64,000 nt of DNA from the NCBI GenBank assembly GCA_964016885.1, contig OZ024747.1, forward strand, positions 91,388,001 to 91,452,000, given 5' to 3'. This document shows positions 41,003 through 54,055 of the stretch, in pieces. How positions within the stretch are numbered: position 1 is the first letter of the stretch; each line of letters opens with the position of its first letter. The notes beneath the pieces are model-generated. The model did no database searches and was not told where the DNA came from. It worked only from the letters and a program-made list of their open reading frames with translations. Both the position numbers and the translations under genes were made by a program. This DNA is from Eledone cirrhosa (Eukaryota).

Positions 41003-41565
41003 AATAATTGTTTCTACTTTTGGCACAAGGCCAGCAATTACCCAGTACATTACTGGTACTTTATTTTATCGACCCCGTAAGGATGAAAGGCAAAGTTAAC
41101 CTCGGTGCGATTTGAACTCAGAATGGCAAGGGGCGTAACTCTATACGTCAAAGCATAGTGTCCAACCCTCTACCGATACTACCAATCCACCAATAATATT
41201 AATAATAATAATGTCTGTTTACAATTGTTTCGCTACTCCATATAATATTGTGTGGATCAGATGACTATTTATCATAATTGATCTGGTTCAGTTGAAAATA
41301 ATTAATACATTTAAAAAACAGAGCGGCTCATCGGAACTTCAAAGGAATATAAATTAAAATAATGAGAGAATGTTACATAATATAATTGTTTCTACGTTAG
41401 GCACAAGGCCAGCAATTTCCCAGTGTATTATTGGTACTTTATTTTATCGACCCCCGTAAGGATGAAAGGCAAAGTTAACCTCGGCGGGATTTGAACTCAG
41501 AATGGCAAGGGCCGTAACTCTAGGCGTCAAAGCATGGCATCCGACCCTCTACCAATACTGCCAAT
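41003..41565 (-). mobile_element. Two SINE family A copies
   Basis: 41003-41191 and 41383-41565. Confidence 0.9.
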
Positions 41566-43424
41566 ATAATGTTCCATATATTGGTTTTTCACTATGGTGT
41601 CTTGGTTGCATCAGTTGTCAGCCATAATCAAGCAGTATTCATCTGTCGAGGCTGCATTGTGTGAGAGCTGCCTATGGGTAACAAGATGGCTGCCAAAGGA
41701 CATATTTACCTTACTAATTAGAGGGTGGTTTCAGGGGAAGTAACTCCTCGAGAGATTGTGGGTAGTTTATAGTTAAGTGCTAATTTTTTTTATTTTTTAA
41801 TTGAGAGACAATGTAGGGGAGGTAACTTATAATTATCTAAGTTAGTCATAGCTATTTAACTTATTAGCTACAAGTAAAAATGGGGCTAAATGACTAAGTT
41901 GGGTCAAATATTCTATTGGCGAAGGAATTAGCCCTTCGATGTTGACAGCTAATAGTTACCTCCGTTCTATCGTTAATCGGTAGATGTCGTGATAGAGTTA
42001 TGTAATATGCTTCTGTAATACAGAGATCACAAGATTTTCTATGGACATTATTATTATTAATATTATTATTATTATTATTATTCTCTACATTCCTTACATC
42101 AAACTAAAATATGTTGACAATCTTTTAATAATGTCTTCCTTGTGAAATTTGTGGTCTTGTTTTGCTTAACTAATGAATATTTCCAGCTCTGCGCACCTAA
42201 CTTCTGCAAGAACCCAGCCACCTAGCTGCTTTCTACTGCATATTGCACATTGAGCACATGCCTTTACGCTTTGGCTTCTAACTAATTCACTAATCTCTCC
42301 TCTCCTATCTCCATCTCTCTCTTTAAGATTGGTTACTCTTGAACTGTATATATATATATATATATAATGGCGTGGATAACGTTCGTGAAAAACAGGGAAA
42401 TATTGATGAAACAATTCAATTATTTTAGAATATAATATTAATATTTCCGTTACATAACAGAAGTAATCGAAATACTGGTTCATTTCTAACAGTCCACAAT
42501 TGAACATTACAGTTAGAGACAGACAGACTGTTCTAAAGTTCAACAAATACTGGTCTAATGTAAGAAATAGACGATGTAGTGTTGGAAGAGACATTATTGT
42601 TTAATTGTTAAATCCGCTTACACAGAGTAGGAAACACCATAATATATTTCCTCTATTTACTCTTGTTATTTGTCATTGCATTGAGTTCTGGTCATGATTA
42701 ATATTGTTGCAGCGGTTCTCTCTGGCCATTGTCCGCCGGGTACATCCGAAACACCTTAGACTTAGAATCCATCACCCTCTTCCCTTCCCCATCCATTTCT
42801 TCCGAGGCCCAATAATCCTTACTTTTTCCATGATTTTTCTCTCAATTATGGCATTTATAGTCCTTTCCCCCACTTTCCTATACAGCCAGATCTGCCCTTC
42901 TTTACCCTCTCACCGTTTTTCATTACTTAATTTTTGTTTTTATGTTACTTTTTCGCATTCCCATTATTGTATAACTTCTTTTTGTGAAATATAATTTATG
43001 CATTGAGAATATTTTAGGATCTAGTTTTACCATTTACTATTGAAATATCCTCGGTTTCTCTTTCCCTTGACAGAAACCACAACTTGAGCGTTTGATATGA
43101 ACAAACAGATTGAGAGTTGCTTTTAATTTTACTAATAATTGGTCCATGTGTCATCTCTCATACATTTAATAATTTAAATCAGTCATTTAGGTGTTTACCA
43201 GTAATAAATCTCATGATTTTGGTGTTGAAATAATTCAAGTGAGATATAAGTTGTTGTAAATTTGGACATAAGACGCTATAAATTTAGATATACATATTTG
43301 TAATGTTGCGAGAACTCTACTGTAGATATACTGTTGTAATGTTAGAATCGTTGGGGATAATGTTAAGTTAAAAGTACATTACTGTGAAGTTAGAGATATG
43401 GACATTTAGAGAAAGGTACAGGAA

Positions 43425-43572
43425 TGACTATTTAGTTAAGGAGTTCGCTTCGCAACTAAACGGATCCAGGTTCAATCACACTGCGTAGATCTTTGAGCTT
43501 CTAATATAGCAACGAGTTGACCAAATGCTTCATAAGTAACATTTGGTAGATGGAAACTGAAGCCAGTCATGT
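43425..43572 (+). mobile_element. Third tRNA-headed SINE-like element, degenerate
   Basis: TAGTTAAGGAGTTCGCTTCGCAAC..GGTTCAATCAC head, followed by TTTGGTAGATGGAAACTGAAG. Confidence 0.5.
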
Positions 43573-43619
43573 ATGCATATATATATATTTAATTATGTAA
43601 TAAACAACACAATACAATT

Positions 43620-43694
43620 ATTCCATTTACCCAAGGTTTCACGAAGACAGGCGATCTCAGCCGAGGCGTCCTAAGTCGTTCATCAGAAAGGAAT
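43620..43694 (-). ncRNA. Type I hammerhead ribozyme
   Basis: ATTCCTTT CTGATGA ACGA..TCGT GAAA CC TTG GG TA AATGGAAT; stem I 7 of 8 bp, GUA site. Confidence 0.75.
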
Positions 43695-45049
43695 TAAAAA
43701 AAGTACTGAGGTCGATATTTTCATCTCCATTCCAGTCAAATTAGTGTTAGAGTGCTGGAGTAATTTTTTAGATAAAATGTTTTAATGTTAGACACACTTT
43801 GGTAAAGCAAGGGGTGTACACTGATGTAGAACCAAAGGTACAATGATGTAACTTTAGAGAGACACTACTTTCAAGGTAGATAGTTGTAAATCTAAAAATA
43901 CACTGCAGAGAATTTAGATATTATACCGTGAGATATTTTAAATAAACGTTGTAAGAAAATGAAAGAAACTCTATTGTAAAATTAGAGATAGACAGCTGAA
44001 TAGTTTGAAAAACAGTATTGTAAAGTTATTGATATCAATGTTTTTACAATTTCTAACTAAAATTTTACACAATCATTCAAGGAGCTAATTTATCAGCTAA
44101 ATCCTGCCTCATATTTGTCGCGTGTGTATTCTCATGTGATATCCTAATTACTAAAACAGCCTTCGAAATACAAATATTGAATGTTTCTTGCTAGAGAGCT
44201 GATAGTAGGTAAAGCTTCGGTGACATATCTTCGATAAATACAAAACTATAGAAAAATATCACCAAATAAATCATGTTTAATTATATACAATATAGCTAAA
44301 CACAGTCAATACTCGAACGTCTAGGGAATCATGTCATGATTTCCGATTCTCCAATTTTTGTGATAGGGCTCTTCCTGAACAAAACTAAGCGGGTTTACTC
44401 ATTAATGATGATGATAGAGGACTTTAACAGTAGACTGTTTACCTGGTGAGGCCGGGGACCTGACAATTTATCAACTGACAATGAATTCAACACAAAAGGA
44501 GATAATCTGCTGCAGCAATTCGGACCGTTGATCTGAAGTTATTTGTATATTGAGTTTGTGACAGGCACGACTCTTCTTTAAAGCAAGGAGAACAGGATGA
44601 ATTCCAAACGAAACCTCACCTATAATTCTTTCATTCTATATATATATTCTGGAAAACAAAATAAATACCCTACCATTTATTAAGACAAATACTGAATGGT
44701 ACTCTACTAAAAAATGTGTTAAGTAAAATTTTATAAATTAATAAAACAAGAAAACTTATTGCAACATCAGCCCCATTTTCCCCATGAATTTGTATTCCTT
44801 TATTAACACTGACACCACGAATTTTAGCTAATCTAATACCTACCAGGTATAGTATCAGCAATAGAAAGATCAATGGAAATTCTATTTCCTTGGTCCGATT
44901 TGACGAGATCCACCCCACGCGGTAAACAAATAAGGTCTGGGGTCTTGTCTTGTCGATCATAAAGAAAAGAATATATCCATGTATAGTGTATAAATATGAA
45001 AATCTAACCGGTAGGAGACGCATGGACGACCCTGAGCAAAGTAGTTGGA

Positions 45050-45440
45050 TAACATCTATGAGCTCGACTGTTCTCGCTTAAGGATTCAACAGGATCAATT
45101 GGAGAGGATTACTTCGGTTTACTGAAAGGTGGGTGAGAGTGGTGAGCAATGGGCCTGCCTCCAATATACGCCCGTAGGTTGGAGGAGAACAACTAGGAGG
45201 GAACTTACTTGTCCAAGGGGAGAGGGTGACCGTGGCTTTTTGTGGGCTTTTTCCAAGAGTGACCCTTGGAGTTTTTCCATTTTTGAGGAATTTGTTTGAT
45301 TTTCTTTTAATGTTTATTTTATTAGTCTCTGTTATATATTTTATTTCACACAAAAACCCCCAACTGTACCATTCTGTGCCGTTTTGTGCCGTCTTTAAAG
45401 TTTTCTTAATGTGAGCCCTGATTTGCTAATAAAGAAATCA
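45050..45440 (+). mobile_element. Probable L1/Tx1-like LINE 3' end
   Basis: RFTERWVRV-like coding scrap, T-rich UTR, ends GAGCCCTGATTTGCTAATAAAGAAAT, similar to the tail at 28195. Confidence 0.35.
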
Positions 45441-45450
45441 TTATTACCCT

Positions 45451-45660
45451 GGATTGGCAGTATCAGTAGAGTTGGACACCATGTTTTGCAGCATAGAGTT
45501 ACGTTCCTTTATGGTCTGAGTTTAAATCCCGGCGAGGTTAAATTTACCTTTCATCCTTACAGGGTCGATAAAATAAAGTACCAGTAACGTACTGGAGTCG
45601 ATTCAATTGACTTTCCCCTTCCCACAAATTACTGGCCTTGTGCCTATACTAGAAATCCTT
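45451..45660 (+). mobile_element. SINE family A, long variant
   Basis: Contains GTCGATTCAATTGACTTTCCCCTTCCC. Confidence 0.9.
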
Positions 45661-46286
45661 ATTGCTCCTTACTCCACATATGCCAGCGAGGAAGACATTA
45701 ACTTCAGATTTATGAGTGGCCATAACTGGCCACTCATACTGATGTTAAGGTATCGTTCTCAAAATAAATAATATCAAAATCTCATAGATTCGATATTATG
45801 TGAGGTAAGCTTTTAACGCAAAAATACAGTAGTATATATAGTTATGTAAATGCTAAAGGGTTAATTAAACCTATGTTCGCATTTATGTAATTTTTTCGCC
45901 AACACTATATAACCAGAGGATGCGGTCTAAACCTATAGTTTCCATTCATCTGAAATATTAGATTTACCTGCTATTAGGCACCATATTACAGGTGTTAGTG
46001 CAAAATATCTCTCTAATAACACAACACACACTACCGATGACTTCCTACTTTCTTTCTTCTCTCTCTAATATATATACACTCACACCCACACGCGCACGAC
46101 CGTACGTATGCACACGCGTGTGTGTATGTGTGTGAAAAAAACGAGCGTCCCAACGTAGAAATAACGGTAACAATAGTCGATCAATATAAATAATAGTTGA
46201 GAAAACTTGGTCAAATATCCACACAAACACACAAGATATGTGCAAACATGCACACACACACACACACATTACACACACACAACACT

Positions 46287-46322
<36 letters not shown>

Positions 46323-46362
46323 AAGTTTTATATAGAAATGGCTCTTACAGGACTAGAACTGT

Positions 46363-46407
46363 TTCCTGATGATTTCTTTTGAATGAAACAGTTCCTGACC
46401 TGTAGAA
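46363..46407 (+). ncRNA. Type I hammerhead inside a fold-back pLTR fragment
   Basis: TTC CTGATGA TTTC TTTT GAAT GAAA CAG TTCCTGAC CTG TA GAA; relatives at 55101-55197 (palindrome) and 57927-57977 (core mutated to CTAATGA). Confidence 0.6.
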
Positions 46408-46593
46408 TCCATTTCTATATTAAACTTGATGTTTACACTCTACTAATGTATTGAGTACCTTACTAACTGTGGTTACTCTCGTTTGAACCCTGGACTCACG
46501 CATACACACACAGATGTATATAAACAGTGCCCCCAAAAACTTCAACAGCACAGCATTATAATAAATATTTGTATACATTTTGGAGGATACTCA

Positions 46594-46657
<64 letters not shown>

Positions 46658-46910
46658 TATATATATATAGAGTATATAGAGAGAAACATACAGATACATG
46701 CGGACACATACATATACATGAATATATCCACACATATCCCTGTGTTAGTGGTGCCAACCTCAACCGATGTTGCTCTATGAATAACTGGGACAAACCAATC
46801 CGAATGGATTAGACTGATTCAGTATCAGAGCTATAAAGTACATTATGAAGAGAGAAGAAACATTAGATATAATTAGTAATAAGATATATCATACCTAGCC
46901 GGTTCTTCAG

Positions 46911-47004
46911 TCCCCGACTACGTAGTTTCGTGGCATATTATGTAAAAACACTAGATCATAGAGATATAGAGCTTTTGTGAGGTTCTGCCGACTTATCAAG
47001 GGGA
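46911..47004 (-). ncRNA. Degenerate type I hammerhead
   Basis: TCCCC TTGATAA GTCGGCA...TGCCAC GAAA CTACGTAG TC GGGGA; stems intact, two core substitutions. Confidence 0.55.
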
Positions 47005-47307
47005 TACTTCATTAAGGATTTCAAAACACGTCTGCAATGCGCGAGATAGAATCTCGAAAAGGCAGAGGGAGAGTCAATCACGTGATACAGCGGTCAAGAA
47101 ACAGAGCTAAGCCCCTTATAACCCTGAAAAAATACCACGGAGGCGGAGGGGGTATTCATATCAAAGCCGTAGAAGGGGTGGTTTGAGGAGGCGAGAAGTA
47201 TGAGTAATGGTAGCTATCCAGCAGTCACTACACTTCAAAGGTTACAAGACCAAAGGGAGTTATAAACAGTATATAGAGAGAAACACACAGTTTCTGTTTC
47301 TTGACCG

Positions 47308-47340
<33 letters not shown>

Positions 47341-47378
47341 ATATATATATCATATATATATATCATATATATATATAT

Positions 47379-47418
<40 letters not shown>

Positions 47419-47445
47419 ATATATATATATCATATATATATATAT

Positions 47446-47544
<99 letters not shown>

Positions 47545-47640
47545 ATATATATATATATATATAAATGAAAAATGGCGTGCTGTGTTGTTGCATATGTGAT
47601 ATACAAATTAAAATGAAGAATTAGAAATAGAAGCCAGGAC

Positions 47641-47744
47641 TATCCATCATCAGTGGTCTACTAGCCATCATAGGTATTTCTTCGCATTCAAGACCAGATA
47701 CCTCAGGCTAGCGCGAACAATAACTAAAATAAGTTATTGGGATA
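47641..47744 (-). ncRNA. Candidate non-circularly permuted (pseudoknotted) hammerhead, best copy
   Basis: TATCC CAATAACT TATTTT AGTTATTG T TCGC G CTAGCC TG AGGTAT C TGGTCT TGAAT GCGA A GAAA TACCT ATGAT GGCTAG T AGACCA CTGATGA T GGATA; all six helices are fully Watson-Crick. Confidence 0.75.
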
Positions 47745-48013
47745 AAAAGAATTGGGTGGAGAGAGAAAGACAGGTAAACAAACATGAATGGTGAGACAAC
47801 GTAAAGAAAGGAAAAAATGAGAAAATCAAGTCAATGATTCATTTGAACATAACTTGCGAATATATATAGAGAGAGATAACGTAAGAGAAATACAAACATA
47901 AGGACAATTCTCGCTCTTAGGCTGTCTGATGTGGGTCGCTGATGTTTCGACGCATATATATACACTAACATATGTAAGTAAATATATATATATATGTGTC
48001 TGTAAGTAAGTAT

Positions 48014-48100
<87 letters not shown>

Positions 48101-48101
<1 letters not shown>

Positions 48102-48278
48102 GAACAAGTAAGACCCCGACGGCTGAGCTCAAGCCGTTTCGACGGCAGAATTAGCCGTCGAAACGGCTTGAGCTCAGCCGTCGGGGTCTTACTTGTTCCT
48201 ATTACCCACTCTACTACCCTAAGTATTGAGTACTTTGGTGCGTTATGGTCCACCTGTTTCCTTACCACATTTCCTTCG

Positions 48279-48281
<3 letters not shown>
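48101..48281. repeat. Fold-back palindrome plus pLTR-like tail (family of 8163)
   Basis: GACCCCGACGGCTGAGCTCAAGCCGTTTCGACGGC AGAATTA GCCGTCGAAACGGCTTGAGCTCAGCCGTCGGGGTC. Confidence 0.85.
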
Positions 48282-48345
<64 letters not shown>

Positions 48346-48347
48346 TG

Positions 48348-48388
<41 letters not shown>

Positions 48389-48449
48389 CCCTAGCATGAC
48401 CTCAGACTATCGGCTGGAATACACACATACATATATATATACATAAACA

Positions 48450-48480
<31 letters not shown>

Positions 48481-50262
48481 GAAAAAGAAACAACCAACAG
48501 CATGAAAGATAAATAGTAAGAAAAGAAAACAATTAAATAATGTCTCCAAGGAAAGGCTCGTTCGTTTAATGTTTCTTGCTCGCTATTCTTTCGCTTATTT
48601 TATGTATGCGCAAATTTAGGCTTCATTATCATTTTCTCATTTTTTTTTTTTTTTGTACAATCGTATTGTAAATAGTTCTGTTTTCACTTGTTTAGGCCCC
48701 TTTAAGAAAACTCCACAATAGGCGGCGAGCTGCTGTGCTTGAAATAAGAGATAAATAAGTAAAATCAGATTATAAATCAGACAGACAGTTTGATGTTTAC
48801 TGGCGAAGGAGAGACGAGAGTAGGGTGGGGAGGAATACAACAATATTTAGATAAAGATTACTTGACACATTTCCCCTCCTCTTCCCTCCCCTACTGACGC
48901 CTCTATTGCCTTTACACCACCAACACTACCTCCACTTCAACACCGCCACTTTAGTGATACCAGCAATAGAAAGGACAAGGAGAGAGGAAAAAAAAACGTT
49001 TCTGCCGTTGTTATAATTCATATTAATTGTAAGTGAGAACGTAAAACCTACTGCAGGCATATATAGAATATTCTTTTATTTCTTTTACTGGTTTTACTCA
49101 TTGGGCTGCGGCCATGCTGTAGTAATGACGTTCAAAGGTTTAGTTGATCATATTGACCCCCGGTATTGATTAAAGTTTAGTAGCATTTATTTTATTGAAT
49201 TTTATTTGTTGGATTGTTTGTTTAAATGAAAATAAAAAAGGACTAGAGAATAACATCCGCTTTTTATGACTGGTTTAACCATAAATAGGTGTACACATAC
49301 ACACATAAACACACACACACGTAGGCACACGTACACAAACACACACGTACACACACACACACATACACATACACAAACACACAGGTACACAAACACACAC
49401 GTACACACACACACACGTACACACACACACACATGTACACGCACACACACACGTACACACACACAAACACACACGTAGGCCCACGTACACAAACGTACAC
49501 GTACACACGTACACACACACACACGTACACACACACACAAACGCACACACAGACACGCACATACAAAGACACGCACATACAGACCCACGCACATACAGAC
49601 CCACGCACACACACGCACGCACTCCCATGCACACACACCCACATGCGCACACACTCACATGCGCGCACACATACACGCGCACACAAACACACAAACACAC
49701 ACACACACGTACACACACGTAGGCACACGTACATAAACAAACATAAGCACTTATACACACATACATAGATATATATTTAGTGGTAGAACACTGGTGGTTC
49801 TATCCGCAGTAGTAGAGCATTCCATGGGAAGAGTTTGGTAGACATGGTGTATTATCTGTTGCGGAACTACTTCTACATATGTATTTATATATACAGGCAC
49901 ACACGCACAGAAAAAGATGCACCATACTGACATAAGCACACTCACACACACACACAGATACACATACCATGTATATACGTTGTGTGTGTGTGTGTATGTA
50001 TGCTTGTATGTATGTATGCATGCATGCTTGTATGCATGCATGCATGCTTGTATGTATTTATGCGTGTATGTATTTATGCATGCTTGTATGTATGTATGCA
50101 TGCATGCTTGTATGCATGCTTGTATGTATGTATGCATGCTTGTATCTATGTATGCATGCATGCTTGTATGCATGCTTGTATGTATGTATGCATGCTTGTA
50201 TCTATGTATGCATGCATGCTTGTATGTATGCTTGTATGCTTGTATGTTGACTTGTTCTTCTT

Positions 50263-50565
50263 TTTGGTAAATATCATCTTGGTTAAGAGAGTGGGACTGG
50301 CTTTGTGCAGTGCCTTTGCTCACTATAAAAGCTTCACGGCACAGGCATTGCTTTATATCTGGAGATCTCTCTGCACTTGTCGTCACATGGTACCATGGGC
50401 CCAGCACTATGTGTCAATAATTGTCACAATTGTAGTGTTTGTACCAGAGTTTTCAAGTCGTTGGCTGGACTAAAAAGTCACACTCGTTCAGCGCATTGGT
50501 AGGAGTTCTCCTACATGGATATAAAGTAGTGGCTGTACTCGAAAACGAGTTGGCAGCCACCATGC
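50263..50565 (+). mobile_element. 3' half of the RTE-derived element
   Basis: Encodes CSVCTRVFKSLAGLKSHTRSAH*, matching the C2H2-like C-terminus of RTE ORF2; TATG tail; matches 61548-61846. Confidence 0.75.
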
Positions 50566-50684
50566 TTGTATGTATGTATGTATAGATGTGTAGGTGATGG
50601 ATTGAAGCAACATCTGAACATACAAAATAAGCAAACCCAAAGTGGAAAGAACAAAATGAGACATCATTGTATTATTTGTGGACA

Positions 50685-51142
50685 GGCGGTGAATTTGGCA
50701 GTATCGGTAGAGGGTCGGACGCCATGCTAGGGCGGTGGATTGGCAGTATCGGTAGAGGGTCGGACTCCATGCTAGGGCGGTGAATTTGGCAGTATCGGTA
50801 GAGGGTCGGACGCCATGCTAGGGCGGTGAATTTGGCAGTATCGGTAGAGGGTCGGACGCCATGCTAGGGCGGTGGATTGGCAGTATCGGTAGAGGGTCGG
50901 ACGCCATGCTAGGGCGGTGAATTTGGCAGTATCGGTAGAGGGTCGGACGCCATGCTAGGGCGGTGAATTTGGCAGTATCGGTAGAGGGTCGGACGCCATG
51001 CTTTCCAGCATATTTACGTCCCATTACGGTCGGAGTTCAAATCCCGCCGAGGTTAACTTTGCCTTTCATCCTTACGGGGTGGATAAAATAATGTACCAGT
51101 AATGCACTGGGTAATTGCTAGCCTTGTGCCAAAAGTAGAAAA
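50685..51142 (+). mobile_element. SINE family A with a 7x tandemly amplified head (45-46 bp unit)
   Basis: GGCGGTG(AATT/GAT)TGGCAGTATCGGTAGAGGGTCGGACGCCATGCTAG x7; the last unit continues into B-box, core and tail. Confidence 0.95.
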
Positions 51143-51330
51143 TATATTTACTGACAGATGTTTCTCGGGCTTTCAAGACTCAAAATCCATTTGAGATCTC
51201 AGGCCAGGAAGGAACAGACAAAGTGCAAGAAGGCGTCAAGCTTTGTATGGAGCAGACGACCTTTATGTATGTATGTATGTATGTATGTATGTATGTATGT
51301 ATGTATGTATGTATGTATGTATGTATGTAT

Positions 51331-51790
51331 GTCGGGTCACTCTTGTGTGCTACTGGTAACATGTAACCCAGTACAACCTGTAGTATGGTCGGGTCGTCGG
51401 TGACTAAACCGGCAACCCCACCAAGTTTACTTGGTGAGGAGGGTGATTTTGGACACCCTGCACGATAAAAAACAAAACCTGACAAAAGTCGGAAGAACTC
51501 ATAAGAATCAACAGCCATACAAAAGTGTGTAAATATGTATATACACATGTACCGCGCGGTTAAACCACTGGGAGTGAAGGACCCCTAGCCTTTGTCAGGG
51601 CATTCTTCTAGGAGAAGGCAACTCAGGAAACTGGGATAACTCCGATATAAAACCTGCCGCTCAATAGTTACCGATGATGTTGATCTTTTCTTATTTTCGG
51701 GTTATAGCTAGTGTCGCTCAGAGAGTGGGATTGGCTCAGTGCACAGTCTTTCCTCATTTTAAAAAATATCTTCACGCACAGGTATTGCAC
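51331..51790 (+). mobile_element. 5' part of the RTE-derived element
   Basis: GGTCGGGTCGTCGGTGACTAAACCGGCAACCCCACC..CTAGGAGAAGG..GAGAGTGGGATTGGCT; homologous to the minus-strand element at 61548-62122. Confidence 0.75.
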
Positions 51791-52049
51791 GATAGAATTA
51801 ATTAATAATTATTAATAATGGTATATGTATGTATGTATGCCAGTGACATGGAAATACCAGTTTTATTGTTCGGCTAGCACACGAAGTAGGAGACCCCATG
51901 TTCTTGTTAGGACATCATTCTAAGAGAAGGAAAATTGGAGTCCGAGCGCACGGTTAGCCCAACAAAAGTGAGAGCTCTAGGTCTTGTTAGAGCATCATTC
52001 TAAAAAAGGGAAATCCCTCGTGTAAAACATGTGGCCCGATGGTGGTAGA

Positions 52050-52206
52050 AACAGCAGCAGTAGTAGTAGCTGCAACAGCAGCAGCAATAACAGTACTAGT
52101 ACTAGTTGCAGCAGCAGCAGTTATTTCTGCATCTATAAATGGTGGTGGTGGTAGTAGTAGTAACAGCAACAACAGTAGTAGTGGTAGTAGCAGCAGCAAC
52201 AATAAC

Positions 52207-52267
<61 letters not shown>

Positions 52268-52391
52268 ATAGTAGTAGCAGCAGCAGCAGCAATAACAGTA
52301 GTAGTAGCAATAACAGTAGTAGTAGTAGTAGCAGAAGTAGCAGCAGCAACAATAACAGTAGTAGTAGCAATAACAGCAGCAACAATAACAT

Positions 52392-52439
<48 letters not shown>

Positions 52440-52509
52440 CAGCAGCAGCAGCAGCAATAACAGTAGTAGTAGCAATAACAGTAGTAGTAGTAGTAGCAGC
52501 AACAACAAC

Positions 52510-52541
<32 letters not shown>

Positions 52542-52688
52542 CAGTAGCAGTAGCAGCAGCAACAATAACAGTAGTAGTAGCAATAACAGTAGTAGTAGTA
52601 GCAGCAGCAGCAGCAGCAACAATAACAGTAGTAGTAGCAATAACAGCAGCAACAATAACATTATTATTATTATTAGTAGTAGTAGTAG

Positions 52689-52719
<31 letters not shown>

Positions 52720-52725
52720 CAGTAA
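52050..52725. repeat. Compound (AGT/AGC/AAC)n microsatellite
   Basis: Direct reading. Confidence 0.95.
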
Positions 52726-53257
52726 TAAGTTATATCTGTATATCTGTGGTTGATGTGATATATTAGCACCACTACTATCATGGCTTCCGGTCATTAAACA
52801 AACGTCTTTACCAGGTTGTTGGTGTCTATTTAACAACTCAGTCGAAACAACAACCAACAAGATGACAGCATCACGTCTCATTCCATTCACAGACCTCCCT
52901 AGTCTCTAGCCCCACCTAGCTCTGAACTGCCTCGCACCGTCAAACCTCAGTAGCGGTTGACAGCCTTAGTCTAAACCCTTGAATGTTAAATCCATCATCG
53001 GCAAGTAAGCAGAACGAATTGTTGACAAGCGGGGAGTGAGCAGGGGGAAATAGGTTATTTTCAATGTTTTACAAATTCTTCATTTTAGTTTGTTTCAATA
53101 CAGAAATCTTTTATTCCGACAACCAACCCCTGCTACTTGTTACACCGTGTTCAACAAAGCTGTGAGGGCAAGTAATGTTTCTGCTCAATATCGGTTAAAT
53201 TGTTTGGCATCTTTGTGACTGCTTCCCAATGTCTTTAACTCTATAAAGACGACCACA

Positions 53258-53321
<64 letters not shown>

Positions 53322-53329
53322 CGCTCTCG

Positions 53330-53367
<38 letters not shown>

Positions 53368-53822
53368 CGCTCGCTCTCTCTCACTCGCTCGCTCTCTCTC
53401 TCTCTCTCTCGCTCCCTCTCTCTCTCGCTCGCTCGCTCTCTCTCTCGCTCGCTCTCTCTCTCGCTCGCTCTCTTTCTCGCTCTCTCTCGCTCGCTCTCAC
53501 ACACTCTCACACACTCACAGGTACACACACACACACAGACGTACACAGATACACGCACACAACACACGCGAATACACATACACACACACTCACATAAACA
53601 CAGGTACATACACACATATATATATACAAATACACACACACCCACACTTCCTTATAGTCGGTTTAAGTCGACGATGACGTTCTTCATCATGGCAGTCGAA
53701 GATGTCTACGTACACGGGTGTAAAGTACCTTACTTACTGTGGCTACCCCCGATTGAACCCGGGGTACACACACACACACACATACACACACACACACACA
53801 CACACATACATACATACATACA

Positions 53823-53858
<36 letters not shown>

Positions 53859-53955
53859 TATATATAATGGAAAATTTGAACAGGAACAAAACAGAGAGGC
53901 AGTACAACGAATGTTTATTAATTTCACGCTCTTGAGAGTGGGGTGGTGGTGGGGA

Positions 53956-53987
53956 ACGACGTTTCGGGCATAAGCCCTTCTTCAGGT
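53956..53987 (-). ncRNA. Minimal PLE-type hammerhead
   Basis: AC CTGAAGA A GGGC TTAT GCCC GAAA CGTC GT; stem I only 2 bp. Confidence 0.65.
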
Positions 53988-54055
53988 GAAAAGTGTGTCG
54001 GAGATATATTATAAAGAACGAGGAATCAGTGTTGTATCATCTCACATTTTTTTAA

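Noticed and set aside
50685-51002. CRISPR-like regular repeat
   Set aside because: No unique spacers, no cas genes; the unit is a SINE head.
51987-52890. Poly-Leu/Ser/Thr ORFs
   Set aside because: Trinucleotide microsatellite.
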